Below, in pieces: positions 28,113 through 37,870 of a stretch of DNA of 64,000 nucleotides. This DNA comes from Candidatus Bathyarchaeota archaeon (lineage in GTDB: Archaea > Thermoproteota > Bathyarchaeia > Bathyarchaeales > Bathycorpusculaceae): positions 105,677 to 169,676 of the forward strand of contig JAOZIA010000002.1 in assembly GCA_026014585.1 (NCBI GenBank), in the 5' to 3' direction. The first letter of the stretch is position 1. The number at the start of each line of letters is the position of its first letter. A program made the position numbers and the translations under genes. Below the pieces are notes generated by a model, which searched no databases, was not told the origin of the DNA, and was given only the letters and a program-made list of their open reading frames with translations.

Positions 28113-29525
28113 CTATTTTTTGTTCATCAGGTATTCGTGCATGGCTTTGGCTGCGCGGTTGCCTGCTCCCATGGCGCTAATTACGGTTGCTGCTCCTGTG
28201 GCAACGTCTCCGCCTGCATAGACGCCTTCAAGACTGGTTTTGCCGTCTTCGTCAACGCAGATTGTTCCATGGCGTTGGTCGCTTTGTAAGCCCTCGGTCG
28301 TGCGTTGGATAATGGGGTTTGGTGTTTGTCCAATCGCGATGATTACGGTGTCAACATCCATTACGAATTCGCTACCTGGAACCTTTCTTACGCCTCGTCT
28401 GCCACGCTCGTCTGGCTCGGTTAGTTCCATGGCGATGCATTTCATGGCTTTTACCCAGCCTTTCTCGTCACCATAAAACTCTAAAGGTGCTGCGAGGAAT
28501 TTGCAGACTAAGCCTTCTTCTTCTGCGTTCTCGATTTCTTCGTTACGTGCGGGCAGTTCTGCTCGTGAACGCCTGTACAGTAGACACACATCAGAGCCCA
28601 GTCGCATGCTACATCGAGCGCAGTCCATGGCTACGTTTCCGCCGCCGATGACTACTACGTGTTTGCCAATGCGGATTGGAGTATCGTATTCGGGGAATGC
28701 AAAGGCTTTCATAAGGTTAACGCGGATTAGGAATTCGTTTGCGCTGTAGATGCCGCCGAGGTTTTCACCAGAGCAACCAGTGAATGAGGGTAGTCCTGCG
28801 CCGCTGCCGATGAAGACTGCATCATAGCCGCCTTCTTTCATTAGTTCGGGTATGGTGTGGATTCTGCCGATGAGGTTGCCTAATCGGAGGTCAACACCGA
28901 GTTTTTGTACATAGTTTACTTCGTTTTGCACTATTTTTTTGGGTAATCTGAATTCGGGGATACCGTACATGAGCACTCCGCCGCCCACATGTAGGGCTTC
29001 AAACATGGTGATTTCGTGTCCAAGCTTGACAAGGTCTGCTGCGACTGTTAATCCTGCGGGTCCTGCACCGACAATTGCAACTTTTTTGCCTGTAGATGGT
29101 GCTTTTGGAGGAAGTTGGAAGCCGTTGTCTCGTTCCCAGTCAGCAAGGAAGCGTTCTAATCGTCCGATGCTTACGGGTTCACCCATTCTGCCGATGACGC
29201 ATTTCTTTTGGCATTGTTCTTCCTGTGGGCAAACACGTCCGCAGACGGCGGGTAGGGCGTTTTTGGTTTTGATGATTCGGATGCCTTCGGCGTAGTTCTT
29301 TTCTTTGATGGCTTTGATGAATTGTGGAATTGGAACTTCTACGGGGCAGCCTGTTCTGCAGAGGGGGTTGGGGCATTGTAGGCAGCGGCTTGCTTCTTCT
29401 TGTGCTTCTTCTTCAGTGTAGCCCAATGCGACTTCGCTAAAGTTTTTAGCACGCACTTTGGGGTCTTGCTTTGCCATTTCAACTGCTTTCTTGTTTAGTT
29501 TGGGTTTTGGTTTAGTGTCCACCAC
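28113..29525 (-). CDS. NfnB/SudA/GltD-like NAD(P)H-dependent FAD oxidoreductase with 2x[4Fe-4S]
   Basis: 470 aa. CLQCPNPLCRTGCP and CGRVCPQEEQC motifs, then VAIVGAGPAGL and GGGNVAMD dinucleotide motifs. Confidence 0.8.
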   Translation of the reverse strand: MVDTKPKPKLNKKAVEMAKQDPKVRAKNFSEVALGYTEEEAQEEASRCLQCPNPLCRTGCPVEVPIPQFIKAIKEKNYAEGIRIIKTKNALPAVCGRVCPQEEQCQKKCVIGRMGEPVSIGRLERFLADWERDNGFQLPPKAPSTGKKVAIVGAGPAGLTVAADLVKLGHEITMFEALHVGGGVLMYGIPEFRLPKKIVQNEVNYVQKLGVDLRLGNLIGRIHTIPELMKEGGYDAVFIGSGAGLPSFTGCSGENLGGIYSANEFLIRVNLMKAFAFPEYDTPIRIGKHVVVIGGGNVAMDCARCSMRLGSDVCLLYRRSRAELPARNEEIENAEEEGLVCKFLAAPLEFYGDEKGWVKAMKCIAMELTEPDERGRRGVRKVPGSEFVMDVDTVIIAIGQTPNPIIQRTTEGLQSDQRHGTICVDEDGKTSLEGVYAGGDVATGAATVISAMGAGNRAAKAMHEYLMNKK

Positions 29526-30357
29526 ACTTGCATCCTCCTCTTGCTTTTAACTCCGCCAAAACACTGCTCAGCCTCTCTTCAGGCAACATTGTTCGTTGGC
29601 GAAGAATCAACTCGTCAAAATCAACTTTGTGACCATCAAATTCTGGACCATCCACGCATCCAAACTTCATTTTACCATCCACTGTGACACGGCAGACGCC
29701 GCACATGCCCATGCCGTCAATCATTATTGGGGTGGTTGTCACGATTGTTGGGATGCTGTAGGGCTTGGTGATTTCACTTACGTCCTTCATGAGAATTACT
29801 GGTCCCATAACCACGCAGTAATCGAACTTTTCTGTTTTTAGCAGTTCAGCAAGAAAATCTAAGCCCTTGTAGCCTGCTGAGCCATCATCGGTTGCGATGT
29901 AGACTTTGTCACTGTATTGTTTAGCTAAGTCTTCCATCATGATGAACTCTTTGGTTCGTGCACCCAACACAGTGGTTACGTGGTTACCAGCTTCCTTCAT
30001 AGCCTTAGACTGCAAAAGTAGCGGTGCTATCATGACGCTTCCACCCACACAGAGAACCTTGCCATATTTTTTGATTTCAGAGGGGTTTCCAAGTGGACCA
30101 GTTACAGTGTCGATTGATTCACCCTGCTTTAGGGTGCCAAGGTCTTTGGTGGTTTTGCCTACTTCATGAAAAGCAAATGATACCGTGCCTTTTTGGCGGT
30201 CATACCCGCTGATGGTGAGGGGTATGCGTTCGCCTTTTTGCCCGTTGATTACGATTAAGAATTGTCCCGGCTGTGCCTTGGCAGCAATGTCTGGGGCGTC
30301 AACTTCAAAGACCTTAATTTTTGGAACAGGCTCAGATTTAGTCACTATCGTGTACAT
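29512..30357 (-). CDS. NfnA/SudB-like ferredoxin-NADP reductase-type subunit (FAD plus [2Fe-2S])
   Basis: 281 aa. PGQFLIV...RIPLTIS FAD-binding barrel, CVGGSVMIAP NAD motif, and C-terminal GMCGVCRV...FGCVDGP cluster motif. 14-nt overlap with the nfnB-like gene. Confidence 0.8.
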   Translation of the reverse strand: MYTIVTKSEPVPKIKVFEVDAPDIAAKAQPGQFLIVINGQKGERIPLTISGYDRQKGTVSFAFHEVGKTTKDLGTLKQGESIDTVTGPLGNPSEIKKYGKVLCVGGSVMIAPLLLQSKAMKEAGNHVTTVLGARTKEFIMMEDLAKQYSDKVYIATDDGSAGYKGLDFLAELLKTEKFDYCVVMGPVILMKDVSEITKPYSIPTIVTTTPIMIDGMGMCGVCRVTVDGKMKFGCVDGPEFDGHKVDFDELILRQRTMLPEERLSSVLAELKARGGCKCGGH

Positions 30358-31565
30358 TATGCATCCTCCAATTTTACTTCCTGTTTAGGTAAGGCAGAGA
30401 TTTTTTGGTAGAACTCATCCAGTTTTGCTTGGAAGTCACCTTGGCATCTTGGGGATTCCTCATAGAGAGCGAAACGGTCAAGCAATCCAAGCTTTTTGAG
30501 GGCAACTTTGAGTGCAGCAACGTTGCGTTCGGCAGTGTCGCGTCCTTCTTGCAGTTTGCAGTCTTTTTCGGGGCAAACCACGCCCATGACGCCGTCAAAG
30601 CCGCATTGTAGTGCGTTTACGATGTGTACGGGGTCAAGGGATTTGAAGCATGGAACTTCAAGGGTTAGCACGTTTTTGCCCTCAAACACTTTGTTAGGAT
30701 TATCCAACGCTGAGAACTCAGACCACTGACAAACAAACGCCAAAACCGCTGGACCACCATTTTTAGCCTTCAACGCTTCAGCAGCACTGCCGTAGCGGTT
30801 GAGCACATTTTCGAACTCAAAGCCCTTCACTTGGATTGCGTGGTGTGGACAAACCAGTTGGCATGCACCGCAACCAACACATTTATCCAAATTTACTTTG
30901 GGTGTTGCGAACGGTTCAAACTCGATGGCGCCGTAGGGGCAGATGAAGATGCATTTGTCGCATCCGACACATTCTTGTACGTCGTAGACTGCTTTGCGTG
31001 AGAACTTTATTACTTTAACAGCATCATCGTCAAAGCCCAGTTGTTTTAGGACATCTTTGGCAAGAACAAGCCTGCGGGTGTTGATTTTTGTGCCTTCTTT
31101 ATAGCGGCAGAATTGGTCCTCGCACTGGATTGAGATGATATGTTTTATGCCAGAGTTTAAGGATTCGAAAATAAAGTCTGTTGGTACTCGTCCCGCGCAT
31201 GGTAATCGTAGTGCGATAAAGTTGTCCACGTTTATGTTTTGAGCGTGGAGTATATCTTGAACTTCACCTGTTGAAGGCGAGTTTCCTCGACACATCAAAA
31301 CCAGCGTTTCCACGTCAGGAGCGTGTTCGCGGGCTTTTTTAACATATTCTGAAAGATTGTCATAATTGTAATACTGCATTTTTATTGCAGCAGATGGGCA
31401 GGCACTGTAGCAGATTCCACAGACTTGGCAGTCTTTGCTTTGGATTTCCACTTTGCCCGTTTCGTCAGCTTTTATGGCGTCATACGGACAGATGGATTTG
31501 CAAACATAACATCTACTGCACAAATCCTGATTAATTTCTACAACAGCAAGACATTCTTCACTCAT
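30357..31565 (-). CDS. Polyferredoxin with two MvhD/FlpD-like domains (Fer4x2-MvhD-Fer4x2-MvhD)
   Basis: 402 aa. Four CxxCxxCxxxCP motifs. Two segments match the MvhD pattern: LVLMCRGN...LRLPCAGRV...SIQCEDQFCRYKEG and LAFVCQWSE...LEVPCFKSL...GFDGVMGVVCPEKDCKLQEG. 1-nt overlap with the nfnA-like gene. Confidence 0.7.
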   Translation of the reverse strand: MSEECLAVVEINQDLCSRCYVCKSICPYDAIKADETGKVEIQSKDCQVCGICYSACPSAAIKMQYYNYDNLSEYVKKAREHAPDVETLVLMCRGNSPSTGEVQDILHAQNINVDNFIALRLPCAGRVPTDFIFESLNSGIKHIISIQCEDQFCRYKEGTKINTRRLVLAKDVLKQLGFDDDAVKVIKFSRKAVYDVQECVGCDKCIFICPYGAIEFEPFATPKVNLDKCVGCGACQLVCPHHAIQVKGFEFENVLNRYGSAAEALKAKNGGPAVLAFVCQWSEFSALDNPNKVFEGKNVLTLEVPCFKSLDPVHIVNALQCGFDGVMGVVCPEKDCKLQEGRDTAERNVAALKVALKKLGLLDRFALYEESPRCQGDFQAKLDEFYQKISALPKQEVKLEDA

Positions 31566-31822
31566 TCCAAATCCTCACTTTATTTTCTGCTGTATTTTTG
31601 ATTCTAAGCTGTCAGCTTGAGTAATTGAAAGAGTGAGAAGGACTCTTGAATGATAAATACCTTATCCACGATTTTCTGAAAATACGTATATACTTTTGCC
31701 ATCTTAAGAGCAGTGCTCAGCTTAAGGTTGTTTTAAAGGGCAGGCGTTCAAAAACTAACTAAAATAATCAACATTAAAATAGGAAAACAAAAATAAACTG
31801 CACACTAGAACAAAAGCCGCAA

Positions 31823-32755
31823 TTATTTCTTGTAATAAGGCCTCTTAATGAAGGCATAAGCTTCCAGCGCCGCAGTGATGCCCTGTCCAACTGCCGTGCC
31901 CACCTGCTTAACAGGATGACTGGTTACATCTCCTGCCGCGAAAACCCCAGGCAAATTGGTTTTTTGATTGATGTCAATTTTTATGTAGCCGTGCTCGTTG
32001 ACTTCCACGCCTGAATCTTGGGCGATTTGACTGTTTGGTACCTCACCCACCTGCACAAACACGGCAGCTACATCCTGCTGGGTTAATTGGCTGGTTTGGT
32101 TGTTTTTGAGGGTTACAGTGGTTACTTTTTTGTCGCCTTTTATTTCTTCAATTTCCGTGTTCCACATGATGTTAACGTTGGCTTTTGAGGCTACATCATT
32201 GGCTATGGATTCTTCGGCGCGGAAGCGGTCTCGTCTGTGAACAACTGTGACCTGCTCGGCGATTGCGGACAGGTAAAGCGTGGTTATGCATGCAGAGTTT
32301 CCACCGCCGACAACCATGACTTTTTTGCCTTTAAAAAAGGGACCATCACAAACGCCACAGTAACTTACGCCTCTGCCTTTGAACTCTTTTTCACCTTTTG
32401 CACCCAGTTCCTTGTAGTGGGAGCCCTGTGAAATGATTACCGCTTTGGCTTGATATGTCGCCGTGGGGGTGGTTACGGTTTTGGTTTCCCCCTTCAAGTC
32501 CATGCTAACAACAGGTTCAATGTCATGGATTACTACACCAAGTTTTCGGGCATGCGTAGTCATTTTTTCTGCCAGTTCACCACCGCTGATTTCGGCAAAT
32601 CCAGGATAATTAACAACCATTGGCGCGTCAGATATGGTTCCGCCCGCAAATTTTTCATCCAAAATCAAAGTTTTCAGCCCACTGCGAACCGCATATATGC
32701 CTGCGGATAAGCCTGCGGAGCCAACACCAACTATTATGACATCCCAATTTTCCAT
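31823..32755 (-). CDS. trxB: Thioredoxin reductase (low-molecular-weight TrxR type)
   Basis: DVIIVGVGSAGLSAG FAD motif, redox CGVCDG, VVGGGNSA NADPH motif, and GDV near the C-terminus. Confidence 0.85.
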   Translation of the reverse strand: MENWDVIIVGVGSAGLSAGIYAVRSGLKTLILDEKFAGGTISDAPMVVNYPGFAEISGGELAEKMTTHARKLGVVIHDIEPVVSMDLKGETKTVTTPTATYQAKAVIISQGSHYKELGAKGEKEFKGRGVSYCGVCDGPFFKGKKVMVVGGGNSACITTLYLSAIAEQVTVVHRRDRFRAEESIANDVASKANVNIMWNTEIEEIKGDKKVTTVTLKNNQTSQLTQQDVAAVFVQVGEVPNSQIAQDSGVEVNEHGYIKIDINQKTNLPGVFAAGDVTSHPVKQVGTAVGQGITAALEAYAFIKRPYYKK

Positions 32756-32879
32756 AAACTGCACAACTCTACAATTTTATGTATGATGGGGTGTTTATGA
32801 ATTGTTCGTTTTACTAATCCAATAAACTGATTAAGCAGAACGGGCTAACTTTAGGTATTCACCTTTTAGGGGCACTCTT

Positions 32880-34631
32880 ATGGCTAAGTACCGATGTATA
32901 ATCTGCAACTACGTTTATGATGAAGAAAAAGAAGACAAAAAGTTTTCTGAATTACCCAACGAATGGGTTTGCCCAGTCTGTGGCGCACCAAAAACAGAAT
33001 TTGCACTCTTAGCAGAAAAAACTCAGCCTGAAATGCAGGAACGCACAGTTTCCGAAGTGCTCATTGACCAAATCGCTGAGTGGGGCGTGCAGTATGTTTT
33101 TGGCATCCCAGGCACCTCAACCTTGGGCATTGTGGATGTAATACGCAAAAACAACAAAGTCAAGTACCTGCAGGTTAGACATGAACAGACCGCGGCGTTT
33201 ATGGCTTCTGCGTATGGAAAACTCACGGGGCATGTGGCTGCTTGCCTAGGGATTTCTGGTCCTGGAACCACCAATTTGGCTACGGGTCTGTATGATGCCA
33301 GTTTAGACCGCTCACCTGTTTTGGCGCTTACGGGGCTGGTTGCTCGGCAACTAATTGGTCCGGGCAGCTTGCAGGAGATTGACCAGTACGAATTTTTTGA
33401 GCCCATCTGTGTCTTTAACAAAATCATCATGAGCCCCGACCAAACCACCATGCTTGCAACCTTAGCAATCAAACACGCACTATTAGACAGGGGCGTAGCT
33501 CACATCGGCGTTCCCAATGACGTACAGAAATTGCCTTACAAAACCGAGATTTTGCCGTTGGAGGGGCGCATGCCGAATTTAGCATATGGTCAGGAGGAGT
33601 TTTTGATTAAAAAAGCCGCAGAAATAATTGACAATGCTGAACGTCCCGTGATTGTGGCGGGTTTTGGCTGCCGTGGACAAGGCAAAAAACTGCTGGCTTT
33701 AGCAGAGAAGATTTCAGCGCCTGTTATCACCACGTTTAGGGCTAAAGGTGTAGTTAACGAATTGGAGGGCTTGAGTGTAGGTTGCCATGGCGGAATCGGC
33801 TCAACCGCAGCGGCATCATTGATGGCTAAAGCTGATTTGATGATTGCCATTGGCGTGTCGTTTGCGGATTTGTCACAGTTGCCCAAGAAGCGCATGGTGC
33901 AGATTGAGATTAATCCGTTAATGATGGCTAAAAAATACCCTGTTGAGGCTGGATTGCTGGGTAACAGCGCAGTGCTCATACCCAAATTAACCGCAAAAGT
34001 CAGAGAGAAGAAAAATCAAGGCTACAGAGAGGAGATTGAAGGACTAAAACAAAACTGGATAAACCAACTCCAGCGTGAAGCAGACGCTCAGCAAAGACCC
34101 ATCAGACCACCCTACATCATCAAAGTTTTAAACCAAAAAATCGCATCCGACGCCGTGATTTCACTAGATGCGGGAGAGAACAGTTGGTGGTTTGGCAGAA
34201 ACTTCCAAATGAAAAAGACCCAGAAAATGGTGATGACGGGGATTTTGGCGACTATGGGTTTTGGTTTCCCAGGCGCGTTAGCGGCGGCGTTGGCGTATCC
34301 AGAGCGACAAATTGTTTGCGTGACAGGTGATGGCGGCTTCACGATGGTTATGGGTGACTTCGTAACGGCACTCAAGTATGATTTGCCCGTGAAAGTGTTT
34401 GTTTTAAACAATGGTAAGTTTGGGATGATTATGCAGGAACAAAAAGTTGAAGGCTATCAGAACTGGCAAACGGATTTGTACAATTATGATTTTGCAGAAT
34501 TTGCCAAAAGCGCGGGCGGGGAAGGCATCAAGGTGACTGAGCCAAGCATGCTTGAGGATGCTGTGGATAGAGCACTAAAGACTGAGCGGGCAACGATTGT
34601 GGATATTGAAACGGATCCTAAACGATTCTAA
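32880..34631 (+). CDS. Rubredoxin domain fused to a thiamine-diphosphate enzyme (pyruvate oxidase / acetolactate synthase family)
   Basis: 583 aa. N-terminus [13 protein letters not shown]...[13 protein letters not shown] is a rubredoxin. The TPP motif is [12 protein letters not shown]...[10 protein letters not shown], with the three-domain POX/ALS layout. Confidence 0.75.
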   Translation: MAKYRCIICNYVYDEEKEDKKFSELPNEWVCPVCGAPKTEFALLAEKTQPEMQERTVSEVLIDQIAEWGVQYVFGIPGTSTLGIVDVIRKNNKVKYLQVRHEQTAAFMASAYGKLTGHVAACLGISGPGTTNLATGLYDASLDRSPVLALTGLVARQLIGPGSLQEIDQYEFFEPICVFNKIIMSPDQTTMLATLAIKHALLDRGVAHIGVPNDVQKLPYKTEILPLEGRMPNLAYGQEEFLIKKAAEIIDNAERPVIVAGFGCRGQGKKLLALAEKISAPVITTFRAKGVVNELEGLSVGCHGGIGSTAAASLMAKADLMIAIGVSFADLSQLPKKRMVQIEINPLMMAKKYPVEAGLLGNSAVLIPKLTAKVREKKNQGYREEIEGLKQNWINQLQREADAQQRPIRPPYIIKVLNQKIASDAVISLDAGENSWWFGRNFQMKKTQKMVMTGILATMGFGFPGALAAALAYPERQIVCVTGDGGFTMVMGDFVTALKYDLPVKVFVLNNGKFGMIMQEQKVEGYQNWQTDLYNYDFAEFAKSAGGEGIKVTEPSMLEDAVDRALKTERATIVDIETDPKRF

Positions 34632-34792
34632 TCAATTAAGTAAATTAGTAGTCTTTGGCAGGTACATCAGTGGCTTACAAGAAATGGTGTTTTTGAATGC
34701 TTTTTTGGGTTTTAAACTTAAAAGCGATGGCTACCTCTTTATATTAATTTATATATATTGCGTATGCAATCAGAGTACAGAGGATAGCATGC

Positions 34793-35554
34793 ATGGCATG
34801 GTATGATGACCCATTAGGCGTTATTGGCGTAGCTTTAGTGATTATTATCGCTATAACCGCCTGTGTGTTAATTATTTATGCCATGAGACGGCGCGAGAAA
34901 AAACCCAAGCAGCCTGAACAGAAACCGGCAAACTTGGAGACAGCAGCCACAAATATTCCGTACAGACTATCCCGAACCATCCAAGCAACAACTGCTTCAA
35001 GCGCCAAAAACGAATTGCGCATTTTGGATTTAGAACGAGAAATTCTAAGCGATGCAATACGCCGCTTGTATGAGGCACAAGTTGAAGGAAAAATCACTGA
35101 AACCGAAAGAGAAAGACTTGCAGGCAGCTACAAATCCCGCATGAACTCAATCAAAGAATCCATCGCCAAAGACGAAAGCATAATCGCTCTGCATGAGTTG
35201 GAAAGCATGCAAGCAGACTTGATGACGCTGTTTAGTGAACGGTTTGGCGAGTTAACTACTAAAGTGGATGAGTTACGCACACGAATTGATGTTAAACCAA
35301 TCAGAGAAATCCCTGTTAAGGTGCCAGGATTAACTAAGGCGCCAGTGCAGATGGAAGAGGAAACTGACGAAGAAGAGGAAGAAGAAGTTGAGGAAACTTC
35401 GGAAGTAACGGAGCAGAAACCCAAACGCAAGCCTAAACCACGCACTGAAAAACAGGAAACACCAAAAACCGAAGCAGAAAAACGCATCGAAAACATTAGA
35501 AGTGAAGTAGAGAAAGTTTTAGACCGACTAGGACAGATGGAAATTGAAAGCTAA
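34793..35554 (+). CDS. N-terminally membrane-anchored coiled-coil protein with an acidic-then-basic tail (hypothetical)
   Basis: 253 aa. One TM segment (GVIGVALVIIIAITACVLIIYAM), long heptad-like region, then EEETDEEEEEEVEE followed by KPKRKPKPR. Confidence 0.45.
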   Translation: MAWYDDPLGVIGVALVIIIAITACVLIIYAMRRREKKPKQPEQKPANLETAATNIPYRLSRTIQATTASSAKNELRILDLEREILSDAIRRLYEAQVEGKITETERERLAGSYKSRMNSIKESIAKDESIIALHELESMQADLMTLFSERFGELTTKVDELRTRIDVKPIREIPVKVPGLTKAPVQMEEETDEEEEEEVEETSEVTEQKPKRKPKPRTEKQETPKTEAEKRIENIRSEVEKVLDRLGQMEIES

Positions 35555-36251
35555 CCCTGAATTAATTGCGGAACAAAAAAAGAAAGCCGCACTAGAAGCA
35601 GTCAAACATGTCCAAGACAATTCTATTGTAGGTTTAGGCAGCGGAACCACAGTAGCGTTTGCCATTGAAGCGTTAGGACAACGCATCAAAAACGAGAACC
35701 TACACATTTTCGGCATACCCTCATCCGCACAAGCCTTCCAACTGGCAGTACAACATTGCGTTCCAGTAACCACGCTGGATGAGCACCCCATAATCAACGT
35801 AACTATTGACGGCGCAGACCAAGTCACACCCGAACTTGCCTTGATTAAGGGCATGGGCGCAGCACTTCTGCGAGAAAAAATCGTGGCTGCCGCAAGCAAA
35901 CAAAACATCATCATTGTGGATGAAACAAAAAAAGTCAAAGTTTTAGGCGAAAACAACCAAGGCGTACCCGTTGAGGTTTTGCCGTTTGCTCTTGCATTGG
36001 TGAAACGCAAAATTATGGACTGGGGCGGTGTCCCCGTAGTCCGAGAGGGCAAAGGCAAACTGGGACCGATCATCACTGATAACGGCAATATCATAATTGA
36101 TGCTGTATTTGGGGAAATCAAGGATTCAGCATTGCTGGAACGGGAATTGAACATGATTCCAGGCGTAATTGAGAACGGCTTGTTTAACGGCTTAACCGAT
36201 ATTGTCTATGTCGCAAGCAGTAGCTGTGTTGATAAAATCACCAAAAAATAA
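35544..36251 (+). CDS. rpiA: Ribose-5-phosphate isomerase A
   Basis: 235 aa. VGLGSGTTV, DGADQV and KGMGAALLREK motifs. TTG start overlaps the preceding gene by 11 nt. Confidence 0.85.
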   Translation: MKANPELIAEQKKKAALEAVKHVQDNSIVGLGSGTTVAFAIEALGQRIKNENLHIFGIPSSAQAFQLAVQHCVPVTTLDEHPIINVTIDGADQVTPELALIKGMGAALLREKIVAAASKQNIIIVDETKKVKVLGENNQGVPVEVLPFALALVKRKIMDWGGVPVVREGKGKLGPIITDNGNIIIDAVFGEIKDSALLERELNMIPGVIENGLFNGLTDIVYVASSSCVDKITKK

Positions 36252-36301
36252 TTTGTTAAATGAGTTTCTAATTCCCAAGTTAAGGGTGCTTCTTGCAGCA
36301 G

Positions 36302-37540
36302 TTACATAATAAACGGGAGCACAACCACTGAGATGACAAGAATTACGCAGACAGCAGTTACACCCAAGGTTATTGAACGGATTGTTTTTTCACTTATTTT
36401 GCCGCCAAGGAACCTTTTGAGGGTTATGTCAAAAATTCTGCCGCCATCCAACGGATAGATTGGCAACGCGTTAAATACTGCAAGATTAAAGTTTACAAAC
36501 CAAACCCAAAACAGCGTGTTAGCAACTATCGACCATGAAGACCCAAGAGGGCTTGAGTAAAACTGTGCCAGAAAATCAGAATATGGAACCACACCCTCCG
36601 CAAGCGTTGGAGGAACAATATACAAGGCAAGCCGGTCTATGGAAAACGTGCGGTAGTTGTCCAGTCGTGCCTCAGTTTGCAAGTCAAAACCAGTGATTCC
36701 CATAACTGTGCGGTTTTCTGACATGGTTAAATTAACTGTGGTTGAGTAATTGTACTGCCAAGTGTCGCCTCTTGCCACAGTAACATTGATTGTGTCCCCA
36801 GCGGTTTTGCTGTCTAAAACCTCTCTTAAGTGTGTAATGTCACCGATTGTCATGTTATCGATTGAAATAATCACGTCCTCTGGCATCAACCCAGCAGTTT
36901 GAGCAGGCATCCCCTCGGTGACGCTGTTAATGTAGACACCATCGACTACAGGCGCCAAACTTCCAACAAGTAACAGCAAAGCTGCAAGGCAAACCGCACC
37001 CAAAATGACATTTGCCCCGACGCCTCCCGCCATAACTTTTAGCGAAGGCCGTGCCTTGGCTTTCTTTATTTGTTCTTCATCAACATCCACAAAGGCACCT
37101 ATAGGTATTACAAAAAAGAATAGCAGTCCACTTGACTTAACATCGAGCCCTACGTTTCGGGCAATTATCCCATGCGCGCCTTCATGGATTACTATCGCAA
37201 CAACAATAGCAATCCATCCGTAAACAATGGGCAACATCGGATTAATACCCGGCAACAAAAGAATCGAGCCAGGACCCATGTCACGCGCAACTTGCCCAAC
37301 AGCGGGATTACTGAGAAGATTGATGAGGCTAATGATGAACAGGTAAATCGCAGTTCCTGCAACAAAGGGAACAGATGCAAGAAACAGCCACGAAATGTAA
37401 CGTGAAGCACGAAGCGAACCAAGTTTGTCAAAGACCACGCCGAACCGTTTGGTTCGCACTATTAGAAACGGGAACTTGAATTCGATTCTGCGTTGTTCTG
37501 TTTCCTCCGTTTGAGGGGAGTTTTCTGTTGGGGTTGCCAT
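36302..37540 (-). CDS. Site-2 protease (M50 metalloprotease) with PDZ domain
   Basis: 412 aa. HEGAHG (HExxH) within a TM segment, FNALPIYPLDGG second motif, and a PDZ-like insert (GMPAQTAGLMPEDVIISID). Confidence 0.8.
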   Translation of the reverse strand: MATPTENSPQTEETEQRRIEFKFPFLIVRTKRFGVVFDKLGSLRASRYISWLFLASVPFVAGTAIYLFIISLINLLSNPAVGQVARDMGPGSILLLPGINPMLPIVYGWIAIVVAIVIHEGAHGIIARNVGLDVKSSGLLFFFVIPIGAFVDVDEEQIKKAKARPSLKVMAGGVGANVILGAVCLAALLLLVGSLAPVVDGVYINSVTEGMPAQTAGLMPEDVIISIDNMTIGDITHLREVLDSKTAGDTINVTVARGDTWQYNYSTTVNLTMSENRTVMGITGFDLQTEARLDNYRTFSIDRLALYIVPPTLAEGVVPYSDFLAQFYSSPLGSSWSIVANTLFWVWFVNFNLAVFNALPIYPLDGGRIFDITLKRFLGGKISEKTIRSITLGVTAVCVILVISVVVLPFIM

Positions 37541-37758
37541 GCATTATCTAATCGTTTTAATATTCAAGATATTTATGAAAGTTTCCCAACAACACCGAAA
37601 AGGCACATACAAAAAATAGGCAAATGGGCGGAAACCCAGAATCCAAAACCTGCTTTAGTTGGAACAATTATGAAGGCTATATTTTCTTGTTGCCTGTTAA
37701 AGGTTTAAATGAATGAAAATAAACTACAAGGACATCAGCACAAAAAACCAGGCACAGT

Positions 37759-37866
37759 GCCGGGGTAGCCTAGCCTGGCTAGGGCGCCAGACTCATAATC
37801 TGGAGAGTCACAGGGCCAAGCGCCCCTACCCAGAAGTCGCGGGCTCGAATCCCGCTCCCGGCACCA
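37759..37866 (+). tRNA. tRNA-Met/Ile2 (anticodon CAT) with a 30-nt insertion (intron) in the variable region; CCA encoded
   Basis: Hand fold:
- Acceptor GCCGGGG/TCCCGGC.
- D arm GCCT-AGCCTGGCTA-GGGC.
- Anticodon arm CCAGA-CTCATAA-TCTGG, intact.
- T arm GCGGG-CTCGAAT-CCCGC.
- 30 extra nt at 37804-37833, between position 43 and variable loop AAGTC. Confidence 0.75.
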
Positions 37867-37870
37867 AAGT

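Noticed and set aside
31566-31822. Short palindromes (AAGCTGTCAGCTT, GAGCAGTGCTC, flanking CTTAAG) upstream of the MvhD-Nfn operon as operator sites
   Set aside because: They are single occurrences of imperfect 5-6 bp arms in AT-rich intergenic DNA. There is no second copy elsewhere in the window to support significance.
35341-35420. GAA/GAG-rich tract that looks like a short tandem DNA repeat
   Set aside because: It is in frame within ORF 34793-35554 and encodes an acidic EEETDEEEEEEVEE tail. It is coding low complexity, not a structural repeat or CRISPR.
35528-36154. 208-aa minus-strand ORF
   Set aside because: It is antisense to rpiA, which has clear family motifs. It looks like a Ser/Thr/Pro-rich shadow translation.
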